This document shows, piece by piece, positions 10,539-23,244 of a DNA stretch of 64,000 nucleotides. The notes under the pieces are model-generated. The model ran no database searches. It saw only the letters and a program-made list of their open reading frames with translations, and was not told where the DNA came from. The first letter of the stretch is position 1. Each line of letters starts with the position of its first letter. The stretch comes from Balanoglossus misakiensis (Eukaryota; Animalia; Hemichordata), in assembly GCA_040954595.2 (NCBI GenBank), contig CM082581.2:12969921-13033920 (forward strand), written 5' to 3'. Position numbers and translations under genes: made by a program.

Positions 10539-13443
10539 CGCGAAAGATTCCCTTTTATTTTATTTATGCCACTTGACATGACTGACAGAAAATTGACTGT
10601 ACTTAAAAGTAAGTCACGCTATAGATGCCACATTGCTGACAGTGGATAGTTGCTTGGCGTGTCTGATTTATCATATCGCCTTTGAACGCATGAATGCATC
10701 ATGGTATATACATGGCTTTGCTCGACAACAGGGGTGGCAACAATGAAGATGTTGTTCCTTTGCTGTTGGAAGCAACGTCACAGGGTGCCTTGCAGATTAC
10801 ACAGTGATAATCCTTATCATTGCTGGCTACTGTCCAATGGAAGGAAGCACTTGAATTTAGGTAAAGCATACCCTCGAGAATACAGTCAGAGTAAAGTCCT
10901 TCAAATCTTTCTCTTTCTATATTTCATTCGTGAGCCATTTTAAATTCCAAGAATTGTCAACTGATCTTTCTTTCCCCTTCCTTTCACAGAGACTTATAGA
11001 TTATAAGCGAAGCAACAACTTAAGGCTTTCGTTTTCCAAGATTATGTTACACGTAAAATGTTGGGCAACTTGCAACACAAGTGTGAGAACCAACATATCA
11101 TGCAACGTGACGTGTATGCCATAGATAATACTGCACGTTACTCAATTTCACTGCCTTCAATAAAAGACTTATATCATGCATTTACACAGCTTAAATTTGT
11201 TGTTTTGATGTTACAATATTTGATTTTTTATGTTTTAAGGTGCCCTTACAAAGTAAGAAATTCTCGCCTCTCAAATCTCCTTCTATCAGTAAAAATTATA
11301 TTATTTGGTTATATGAAAGAAAAAAGAGTTGAGCACTTTTTAGGAACATGTAATGTCGTTCGCGATCGCGTCAGTATAGGGATATGCAGTGTATAATTAA
11401 GGGGTTAAACAAAAAAACTACTGATCTGTTCTGTATACTACAAGGAACTTGTTTTATGTTTGTCACTGCAAATGGACACCTTCTGAGTGCAATTTCATGT
11501 TACCAATATCGAATCAACTTATACAATCAATGTGTTAAAGTGATAAGATGGTCATCTTGACAGAAAGTGTTGGGTAGTATAGTTACACAGGAATAGGTTA
11601 ACGCTTGTCTTTGTGATGAACGAGAATTATCTGACATCACACTTCTACCGCGCAATATTTGCATAATATACGGCGAGTCGTTGAAGAATTTAGCAACAGT
11701 GATACCTTCTCTCTCATCTTGTGAAATCAAGGTAGACTGAGTGATGATGTGGATTAGTTTGTGTGTTGACTGGCGTGAACTCACTGAACTGCTTGTAACA
11801 TTTGTAGCCTGAACCAATGTACATTGTGTAAACAATACTTAACAAGTATAATCTACAGCATGTTCTCAAAATGCCAAGAATTCATTCGGTATGCCCATTA
11901 CAACAAGAAAAAAACGTAGAGAAATGCTTCTACATTTTTACCTTTTCAGAGAAAACATGTGAAACGTTGCAACTTTTACACCCACCAACAATTTCTAGAC
12001 ATGTCAGAAAGACAAATTGGCGTCAGGTAGTCATTCGTTTTACGCTTGACCGAAGGATTGTACGATGTTCGTTCTGTCGTTTATGACGAATCAGTCAAAA
12101 CCCTACTTGGTATGCAAGACTTTGCTATCAAATTACTCCTTGTATTGTCTTTGATTACTGTGCTTATCTTTCATTTGTGTTTATTTGGTTTGGCATTCCT
12201 GCCAAGTTCAATCAGTGAAAGAGTGGTCGTTATTCTGGATCGTTGCACTCAAAAACGTGATCCCTGCTTCAGCAAACATACATGTATACATTGACCACAC
12301 GTTCCCTCTAAGTATAACAGATATTCAAGACTATGAGGATGCTGCGTTTACAAAGAGTAGGGTGGTCTATGAACTCATGATCAAATGGACCATCTACTGC
12401 TGTGTGTACAGATGGACAGTAAGCAAGTTGTATGATCCGACCCCTGCCTCATTGACCAGGATCAGTCATGGATTGACAGAAGAAGTGCTCACAGGAACAT
12501 CAATTATAACTTTTAATCATTTGAGCTTTGCTTCTGTGTCAGTTTCCAATACCAACCGTGTTTGCGTAACAACACACTTACAACTTTTCGCCATTTTACA
12601 TGGTTTCATTTGCCATATATACATCTGGCATAATATTAAATATACCAATAAACGTTCATGCTTTTTATGCTGAATTTCTACTTATCAGATATTACTATAT
12701 TATCAATAAGAACCATGAGGAGTGACTCTACACAATGATCAGAAAATGAAATGGTGTCTATGTGGAACATAACGAAGCTGTTTCCCGAGGAATCCTTTTG
12801 ATAATATGGCATAAATGCACAACCGATTACCATAGAAATCGTGGCAAACTGATAGCAATCAACGGTAGCCTCCTTAAGCGACGTGGCATTCCGTGTGGAA
12901 TACCTAAAAAAGCTAATATTCAGGCAAGCATGAACAAAGCCTTTGCACTTGAAATAGAGCGTCTCTGTTGTCGACGCAACCATCAGTAATCGTACAGGGA
13001 TCGACAGCACCGTGTATTGTTTTATCCTGGGCTAGAACCACTGTTTACACGCACGTCACCAATATCCCATGAAAGGTGCCTTTGCAAACAGCATTTTCTA
13101 CTGCCAGCCTTCTAATGCTGCCTTCACCACTTTGCTTTATTAATCTCCACGTCTGACATTCATCACACAATGAGATCATCGAATCACACAAATCTTAACA
13201 TTAATCATCCATACTCAGCTTACATCTCGAAGTGTAAATTACATACTTGGGGGAGGGGGGTCAAAGTGAGGATATCTTTTCAATAAACTGAAGAGAATAA
13301 ATACCAAATACCCTCCTCCTCCTTTAAACCAATGTAGATTTATTCGAATTGTCCAACTGGCACAAATCTTTCAGTTCATCATTCGAAGATTATCTACATC
13401 ATAAACCTTTGCCTGAATTGACGTCGCACATACCGGTACATGC

Positions 13444-13502
13444 ATGTATGTATGTATGTATGTATGTATGTATGTATGTATGTATGTATGTATGTATGTA
13501 TA
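13444..13502. repeat. (TGTA)n microsatellite, ~14 units
   Basis: A perfect tgta run, directly preceded by TACCGGTACATGCA. Confidence 0.97.
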
Positions 13503-15324
13503 GTGCTTCATAAATAATGTGATTTCGTAACCTGTTTTTTTCGATGGTAGTGGTGTTTTAACACATTTTAAAATATAAAAACATTATCTGCGACGCATAG
13601 AGAAATTATCAATATTATGCTTATATATACACACTATTACTTGGGAGACCAATTCACGCAGGCATTAAGCAGTAGAATATGAAGGGGAGACCAATATTCC
13701 AATAACGACTTTCCTGGGGGATATATTGGTGACGTCAATTACAGATGATTGTCATGACGCAATTGTGGTTTGTTCGATGTCCACCTCTAGCAATCCGCTG
13801 TCTCCAGTTAGATCTGTCCTCAAAAGTAAGCCATATGACGTCATGATCAATCATTAAACTTTAAGTTTTGGTAAATAGCACAGACAATATCTTTAGCGAA
13901 ACATCACGTCGACACATTTCATGCCCGTGTGAAGGGTTGAATGTAGACTAGGGTATTCAGTATGTTTTAATGGGTGGGAAAATGGCTGGACACATGGTGT
14001 TTTGCTTCAATAATGACTGCAGTCAGATAATTGTGGTAAGCGGGGAAGAATAGGTTGCACCATATACGTGTACCGTCAGGACAACTTATGATGACTATGG
14101 GTCGGTTCTGTTGTCGACGACAAGCAGGCGATGGTGATCAATGCATAATTCACTGTCTTCCATTCAAAGGGGGCGACTGCGATCAACATACTAGAAATAA
14201 TTGCCAATTATTGTAAGAAAAAAACTTTGCTCAATATGAAAATAATGATAGAGATGAGAAAAGGGTAACTCAGATATGTGTCCTCTTAATGATGAATACA
14301 TCAAAAATTCTGACGTGCGACAACTGCGACGGTGATAACGAAATGCAAAAGGTAAAGGTTGCATTCCCGTTGTTAAAAGGAATTACGTGATCGTTTACCG
14401 ACCTTTTATGTAATGTCACGTGATATATGGTAAATGCTGAAACTTAATGTAACAGACGAGGTAATATAATGCAGTATTTTGTATTAAAAAATGTTGTGTA
14501 AATGGAGGTTTTTTATCACTTCCAAATGGCATGATAATTTCTTTAGTGTGGTGAGCAAGCGTCTTTTCCTCTGCATACTAACTGTGGGTTTGTTGCTTTT
14601 AAATGGGATTCTTAATTTAAATGCACCATCTAAACTCCTCTTGCCTTCGGCAATGTCTAATACCCCTTGAAAAGTCCACAGAGCTCGATATGCAATGTCT
14701 CCTGTGCCATTGCTACTTACCCGCAGGGTCGAAGACGAATGGAAAAAAAATCGTTTAGCACCTTTGTGCAATGTGAAAATGTAAATGTGTGGAAGGTCGA
14801 CTCGAGAGACACGCTTTCCATTATCCCAGAGCTTCGTTGCCAACAGCGCTCAGACCCTTCTGAGAATCAGCTAAAACGCTGACTAAAGATGGCAGAGTAA
14901 CATTTCAATATTAGCTATTAACCCAGCGTGCAACTTCGAACACAGCTGTTTCGTCAAGACACAGAGTATAGACGCAGCTTATCGTGCCTTCGTGAATTTT
15001 GCCGAAGAAAAGCATGAGGCCTTTGGTATAGTGCATTATCGATAATTTACTTGACATCTTTGGATTAACTCGAAAGGGAGGTCTCTGACAGTCTATAATT
15101 GGAGCACGCTTCACAGAGAACGACGTAAATACATTACCATCTGACCAAAATAAATAAAGCATCTTTACAAAGGATTGCAGACCTTGCCCCATTCACCGAG
15201 CAATTTTTGTGTTCTTTACGTAATTAGGTTTGACCACTAGCATAGCTCAGACGAATGTCTTCTGCGTTTTCGTTTGCTCCTTCAACCAGTGAAGATAAAT
15301 GAATAAGTGTATACGTAGTGGTCA

Positions 15325-15550
15325 GGAATTGGCAATGACTCCATTTAGTTCTTATTTAACACAGGCTTATACAACAACTAGTGACCCAATTTAAATTTAC
15401 GGCAATAGTTATTATAGCTATTTAGCCTTCGTGCAAAGGAATTGGCAATGACTCCATTTAGTTCTTATTTAACACAGGCTTATACAACAACTAGTGACCC
15501 AATTTAAATTTACGGCAATAGTTATTATAGCTATTTAGCCTTCGTGCAAA
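15325..15550. repeat. Perfect tandem duplication, 2 x 113 bp
   Basis: The unit ggaattggcaatgactcc...gccttcgtgcaaa occurs at 15325-15437 and 15438-15550, identical by inspection. Confidence 0.95.
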
Positions 15551-16390
15551 ACATGGGGATTATGTCGTACCTATTTCAGCTTTAAACTTAGGTACATGTG
15601 CATAATTCCTGTGAATGTTGCCTACCAGAATGCAGAATTACTGTACTGGTTCGTGTCTATAAAGTAGTAGTGACAATAGTCAAGCACTGGACCATATTTA
15701 GCTCACTTATTCAAATGAAAATTCAAATATATTCACACACAGGCCATCAATATAAACATTTGAAAAACATTAACAACCGTTCACTTAAAAGAAATGTACA
15801 CCCGAATACATATGTTCCCTTTTTGTCTTATTTACGGAGTAAACTGATGTTTTGGATAAAATATGAATCTCTAAAGAACACGGGCACAGATAGCACTTAT
15901 ACATGGTGATTAAGTAACCTGACATAATTGACATGACATCATGAATAGTTGTTTCCTGGCGTAGGTGGAATGGTCGCCTAGGTAATTCTCCTATCACGAA
16001 TGGTATTTGTCCATCTGTCTCTTAAGGGTCTGTCTGGATTACCTAATCCTCTACGAGACAATTCTTTAGGATAATGCATTCCATCTAACATCTCGTTACA
16101 GTGACATTGTCATGGCCTCTGCCGACCTGTCAGCGTTCTGAGAGCATATTCCCGGTGAGGTAATCTCATAATGATAATTGCACCGACGGTTAATCCAATT
16201 TTCATTGTCAAGTCTTCAGTACAATAATTCGACTCTAAATAAGTTGTAAAGTTCGTTTAAGGTATCAAATCATTTTTGACAAGACTGTTAGGTGTATATT
16301 ACAGTAGTCCAAGTTGCTTACTTGTAAGGCAGACCTTAAATCCAATTGTTAACGCTAATAATACATGTTACACATTAAACAGAATCAAAC

Positions 16391-16418
16391 GTATGTATGT
16401 ATGTATGTATGTATGTAC

Positions 16419-16449
<31 letters not shown>

Positions 16450-16481
16450 CATGTATGTATGTATGTATGTATGTATGTATG
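16391..16481. repeat. (TGTA)n microsatellite with TACATA/TACATG interruptions
   Basis: A gtatgtatgt... run of ~90 bp with two interruptions. Confidence 0.97.
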
Positions 16482-19400
16482 CTCGACATCACCAATGCAA
16501 ATATATAATGGATTGTCGTAGCTTTTAACAGGCAAATGTAGCGTTTATGTCTTTAGAAATGTAAATGTCCTTCTTATGTGTGTCCTGAAAAAGCTTATCG
16601 ATTTTTAATAATCCAGTTTAAAATGTATTCAATACATATGCGTACATGTGCATTTCCTTAGGGCAAATCTCAAACTAAAGTTCAAAGCCATTTTTGTGTC
16701 ATTTGGCTGCAATAATGTGTTCTAGATGACACCATTTTCCGGAACAAATACTCTTGTATTTCACGCCTTGCTGAGTGTCCCATAGCACTTAAACTATTTG
16801 AATGTATTTTGCTGTATGACATTTGATCACAAAACAGCTATAATCAACTTCCACCCGATCGCGACAGTCAGTCTATTCACACGGTAAAATGTCAATTATG
16901 GGTAAATCAGGTTGCTTCATACTGACGCGATGTGGGAATCAATGCTGTGAATATGATGCCATTAACGCTATTGAGTCCGAGACACAAGTTACCACTTGGA
17001 ATTGGCTATATTTTCTACTAATGTAAAGGTCGTGACATTATAGATACCAAACTATACGCCAGCTATTTAATCACATTATTAAGCCAAATATACCTTTATT
17101 AAATATGTGAATGACGTTCTATTACTCCGGCACCCCATAATCAGATAACCGCTCGATGTTACGAGATTTTCCCCCTTTGTGCCATTTTTAATTGCTATTC
17201 CTGTACAAAGTCAGACCCTTCACCATTTTCCTAATCCAGGTTAGTTAAATTCTCTTTCAGAAATACTAGAAGAAAAAATTGTGATCCTAATTGAAATGAC
17301 ATGCAACCGAGTGAAGTGCGTTGGGGTTTAGTGTTATTTATGGCGTCCGAGTCTAATAGCTGTGTAGCACTTTTGTTATTCTCTCTCACAGGAGTGTCCT
17401 GTTTTCTTCAGATTTAAAAGGTCATGTCACCTTCTTCTGTATGACTGTAGACTCGCCAAACATAAAGATACGCCTACCAGCTTCTTATGTTCTGGGGTTT
17501 TTTTTAACTTAGAACAGAATGCGGCAGTAAGAAGTATTATAATGTCAAAGGGAAATTATCTGTAACGTTTGATACTTGGTCTGTGCAACAACTGGTAATA
17601 TCAGCTCATTCATTTTGGGTATAATATTCATATATTCACGAAGGTCACCTTCTACAAAAAGATTTGACTTTTATCATATCGCACAATAAGCTCACTATTA
17701 AAAAAATAATTCATGTACGTGTAATCTAAGCGATTTCCATTTTTTGCATCAAAGTTGTAAATTGCCTTTTTGAGCACTTTGTTTAACAATCACCGAAATC
17801 GAGTGTTGAAATTGCCCACTTTCAGTGAGTCTGACTGAGGTTTTGTCTAAAAAAGTGTTGCCTATTTGGCTACATGCATCTGGAGTTTGTCATTCAAAAA
17901 AATATTTTGAGCAGTCGGATGATAAAAAAATGACTGGACAGTCAATTAAATCTTCGTGAGCTACAAAGCCCCATAAGTTGTCTGCGTATTGCGCAAAACA
18001 AATTCACACACGTTTTGTTGTTTCATTCGTGCCAGATGCTTGAATGCAAGCCGTCAATGGTCGTTTTCAGCGACGTTTCACAAAGTGTCCGTAAATGCGT
18101 CGACAGTTTTAAAGTGCTCAATGCAATGTTGGATGCAACAGTCAGCGAAGCGTTCATCCAAAAGTTACATTTTCTGCGACATTTGTAAAACAGTGCCTTT
18201 CAAAATGCATGTTGACGGGCGTGACTATTTCAGTTTCGTGTCCCTAATAATGACGATTGAGCTAATTTTCCACACTCCATGCATATCCCTCTCTCACCAG
18301 ATGCAGCAGTCTTGCATACACAGACTCAGTTATGTATACGATGGGTTACAAACATCGTATGATTCCATTTTTGATCCTGTTTATACCGACATGTTTCATT
18401 TTTTACAAGGACAAAGCTGACTTTACCTAATGGTAACTTTAACCTCGACAAAACATGTTTGCCATGCATGGTTCAGATTTTTTATTTGTCAGTCATTCAA
18501 TTATTCCTTGTAATATAGTCTTATTTCACGTAAAGAATTCTCTAATCTTCACTATGCCAAGTATCGACATGGTATGTTTATGTCACCTTAACTTCACATG
18601 TATATTCACTTAAAAAACTAGACAAATATGATTATTATTAAAATGTCAGCGTCGTTAAGGAGTTTAAGGGTCGGGAGCAGACAATCATCCACTGGGAGGC
18701 GAGGACAGGTCTTCTCTTATAAGAAATATAAGTCTAATCAGAGAGAATTCAACATGAGATAGGCAAAACGGCTGCACGTTGCCCGGGGCGATGTTGGGTG
18801 GTAATGGTGATGCATACAATCTCAGCAGACGAATTATCAAAACGCCTCAACACGTTATCCTGCGATAATTCCCACTCACGCTGATTTGTACGTTGTACAA
18901 TGTCAGGTGTTTACAAATTCGACGGCTTACCTGGAAAGAAATACGAAAATGAGTCTCGCCTGGAGGCAGGCGAATTCAGCGTTAGAATATCCGTTACCCA
19001 AGCGAAGGACTAATAGCACAAAAATTGTGGTGACCTTGGGATGAATATTTAACCATACACGTACGCTGAACAACTCTATCTCACGACTCTGCAGTGCACA
19101 ATCTGCTGTCGAGGATGACTAGATTTTGAGAAACATATTTGTTACGTACGGCATGTGATACATTTTAGCTCGCGCTGACAGTATTCATCAGAGATTCTCA
19201 AAGACGCTTAATAGGTCAGTCAGACAAGATAACCTTAAAACAGAAAGACAGTTGCAATATGCCATACGGGAATCTTCTAACTGATATCGATTAGCTATTA
19301 ATCTCATAAATGATGGCCAGGAGAACTCGGAAAAAATCTTTTCTCATTGACTTTGGTGCAACCTCGTTTGGAGAACTTTCAAGTCCTATTAGTTGTATCT

Positions 19401-22400
19401 GCACATTATTTGTAGTTGAAAGTTGTGTAATTGTTTTAACTAAGGGATATAGTACGTACATCTGCTTGTTCTTACACATGCACACGAATTGCACTTGTCA
19501 ATACGAGTTCAATGTGTATTGGAGGTGTGCTGAAAGCTTTATAAAAAATGAGGTCCTCATCCGTGTGATTAGTGGAAACAACATAAAAGCAATATTATGT
19601 TTAGCTAATGTACATTTACAGTCATTTGCACCAGGTGCAGGTTTGACAAAAAAAATTAAACACCAGTTGAAATTAGGCGGAAATAATGTTTACTAAACTG
19701 ATATCTCACTAGAATTTGACATATCCAAACTGACTACGTACATCATATATATTGATCGATGTTATTTAAGATAAGAGCGTGCTATTGTGATTATGCGAAA
19801 GTGTGACAAAGAGATTCAGATACCTGCGAGTTATATGATGTGTGCGTGATTGTGGTGTCGAATCAGCTCATATTAGAAAGCATAGCGGAAGCAGATCATT
19901 TTATAGGTTTACAATGAAGACGGGGGTGGGTATGGTTAAATGTCATATGAAACTAACTGATTTATTTTTGAACGGCAAGACCTGTTCTGTTTTCTTCACA
20001 AGTGTGACGACGACGAAAAGCTGTACCCTTCGACGAAATGGTGACGACCCGTACAGCCATATGAGTAATACATTATATATACCAGCAGCAACTTGGAAAA
20101 GGGACGTTGTGGCAAAATTATTTTCAAAAAGTCACTGTGGTAGTGTATTGAAACGTAAAACCATTCATCATTTTTCAGGAAACAAAATATCAGACGGAAC
20201 TTGCCATCTATCAGGAACTGTGATTTTATGATCAATCATTAATGGCCATTAGAACGGCAAGCTTTGACACTATTGTATATGGGAGTCCGAATATGAACTA
20301 TTGCCCCCTGAAAGGAGGGTGGCGCAGGAGGGCATTTTGTCTCCTGCTGCGCGCGGGAGATACATCATAAATCCATATTCGGGTTGTAATATTTTTTACT
20401 TGACCCACTTGCTAGCAATTCAAATCATAATATGTTGAGTTTGTAAAGGAAATGCAGTTGTTTTTGTGATTTTCTTCTCTGAATAAATATCTTGTCAGAA
20501 ACTCTGAAATTTAATCAGAATGGAGCTTGAATGATTCAGTGTGTCTGGCAACATATCACTATGCATATTGTTAAACCGCTATACATTTGATTAGACAAAG
20601 GTGTTGGATGTGTAGCAGATGACAGTAGTTCCGCATTCAGGGAGGTATTATCGAACCAATGCCTATATAAACCGGATATTTATTGATTAATAATTCAAAA
20701 GTAATCAATAAAGTACATAGGGGGAAATATTGAAAAGAAATAAGGTGATATGTTCTTCAAAGGCAAGAGTGCCGCCATTGTCAAGAATTAATAATTAATT
20801 GACTTTGATATTTCTTCAATATCATCATAAGACACTCAAAAGAGTGTTAATGATCTTCAAAAGTCATTAACTAGTTCAAGGTCATGGATACTCACGATGA
20901 AATGCCACAAAATTTTTAATCCATTATGCATTGATTTTCGTTGTATCGCATATATAAATGGTATCATGATCAAGTTAATCAACAAAGTTGAAAAATTGTT
21001 TGAGTTTTAGTCACTAGCACCTACGATTAAATTCTAGACTTCATTTGAAACATGAATTGGACTGTGAATATGGATGTCATGTTTGAAAGCTGCACAATTT
21101 GCGAATGAATTTTTTTTTACAAATATTTTGCTTGATCGAGTTTCAATGTGTGGTGTCAGAAGTCTTTACATATCTACGTCGTAAATCGCGACTTTATGTC
21201 ATCCTTCATCGACATCACTCGCCAGAAACGTCAAAAAACTGTGTGCCATTAAATATTTGATTACACATAAGCAAGGCGATATGCTTCCAAAGACAGAAAT
21301 GCATACCCGTCACGTTTCAAACATCCCGCATGTTGGCATGCAATAGAGCCATTACAATATGGCTAGTTCGGCATGACATGAGCAATGAAATTGCCTTGGC
21401 AAATATTAGTGAGTTGTTTTCTTCACTTTATATCTAGCGTTGACAAGTGCTATTCTACAGACACGCAGCGAATGGACAAGGAAGACCTGCTGTGATCTGC
21501 TGATAATGACGACATTCTTTGCTTTGGCATCCAAGGCCTGAACAGATATTTGACGCTGGCAGCGCCGCGACGTGCGTTTCATTTCTTGCGAAGTCGACCA
21601 GGCATGACGATGGCCGTTACATGAGATTGATACACCCTAATAATCTGCGGTACCACGGAGTGTCATGTAAAGCGTGACGGCCATTTCGGTAAACCATGAA
21701 CACGGGGAGAGATTTTTGCCTACATTAGCTGTGAGGAAACTATGCGTAACCGAGTTCATAATGTTCTCATTTTGCAGCAATATTTGGATTTTCTCTCAAA
21801 GCACACTGGCTCCTCTATCGATTGGCGTATGTACTTTCGAGTCAATTTGTAAAATCGGCAGGATTCATTTATAAAATTACTTAATAGACCATTCGTCCCC
21901 TGAAAATAATCGTTACTTTAGCTAACCATGGCCACGTTTGAAAGTGCCGCAAGTGGGCGCAGTGACGCCAATGCCACTCACTGCCTCACAATGTCAACTT
22001 CCCAGAAATGGATGGACCATTTACTATCTGAGGGAGAGAGAAAAAAACATGTTGCTGGACGCAAGGGTAAAAGATGATTTGCCTTTGAAGTACGTACTGC
22101 AGGATAAAAATATTTGCTTCCAGGTAACTACTTTTGGTTTTGGTGTATTCAACCAGTATTGGCCGGCATATATTTTCTTCAGTGGTAGCTGGAGTGGTTG
22201 CCCTCACCTTCAAGAATTCATTTATTTGACTTTAAAATTCACATTGATCAATGTATCTTAATCAATTTTGTTTCAGGGAAACTGACAAGCAAGCTGTTTT
22301 CAGGATCTGTTTCATAATCACACATAAGACATAGGCCTGGAAGGATTTCTATAAAACTACTGAAACGCCTAATTCTGTTGACTTGTTGAATGTGTTTTTT

Positions 22401-23179
22401 ATAGAACAGAGGATGCTTTTAATATTTTAGAAAACATCGGCGATCTCCAACTCACGGGGTTCATCTTTTATGCAAACCTGGTAAAACACGCCCCAAAGCA
22501 AGAAAAGTATTTTGCAAAATCGTGTTCATAAGTAATATGTTCCAGGAACTGAAATGGATCCTAAAGATCGAATTTCTTCTCTTGTATCTCTGGATGCACC
22601 TCAAATAGAATCCAAAGCATTCATGTATGTGTGTGTGTGTGGAGCATAGCGAAATACACACGAGTCTGGATTTCAGACAAGACCAGGCTCTGAAAGTCAG
22701 TGTCTGTAAAATAAAATGACCAATCTCTTACAACGGCATACAAGTACCTAGTAAACATTACGTTTGCAGGTTAACATATGCCATGCAATACGTTCAGATA
22801 TACTACTGATTGAAAATGGCGTGTTGATATTGGTATTCGTTATTATATTACACTGATAGTATACTGATATTGTTAAATGGTTGACTGTCGATTAGCTAAG
22901 GACTCCCACTGTCATCCTAACAATGTATGGAATCTCGCCATCGAGAATTATGCCCACGCAGTTTTTTTTTTAATATGTGATTCGATTAATATCCTCTCGA
23001 AGATATTTATTACAGTGGTAATGATAAACGCAAAGCATTTCATGAGACATGTTTTCTGTTAAGGCGTAGATGCAATTAAACACAGTCTGAAACTGCTGAT
23101 CGTACTTTTCTAGTTGTGTTCCAATTTTGTTAACCGATATCCTCGTTTTGACTCAACAAAGTTTGCTGACCCGGTGTTG

Positions 23180-23244
23180 ATACATGCACCGGTACAACAC
23201 ACATACATACATACCGGTAATACATACACACACACACACGTGTA
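23180..23244. repeat. Compound (CA)n/(TACA)n low-complexity repeat containing ACCGGTA twice
   Basis: tacatgcaccggtacaacacacatacatacataccggtaatacatacacacacacacacgtgta. Confidence 0.75.

Noticed and set aside
11395-11408. piggyBac-like terminus (AGGGG-TTAA), and a TTAACCTTCT candidate near 3143
   Set aside because: No matching partner terminus was found, and the motifs are too short.
16276-16521. ORF with MYVC repeats
   Set aside because: It is the translation of the (TGTA)n microsatellite.
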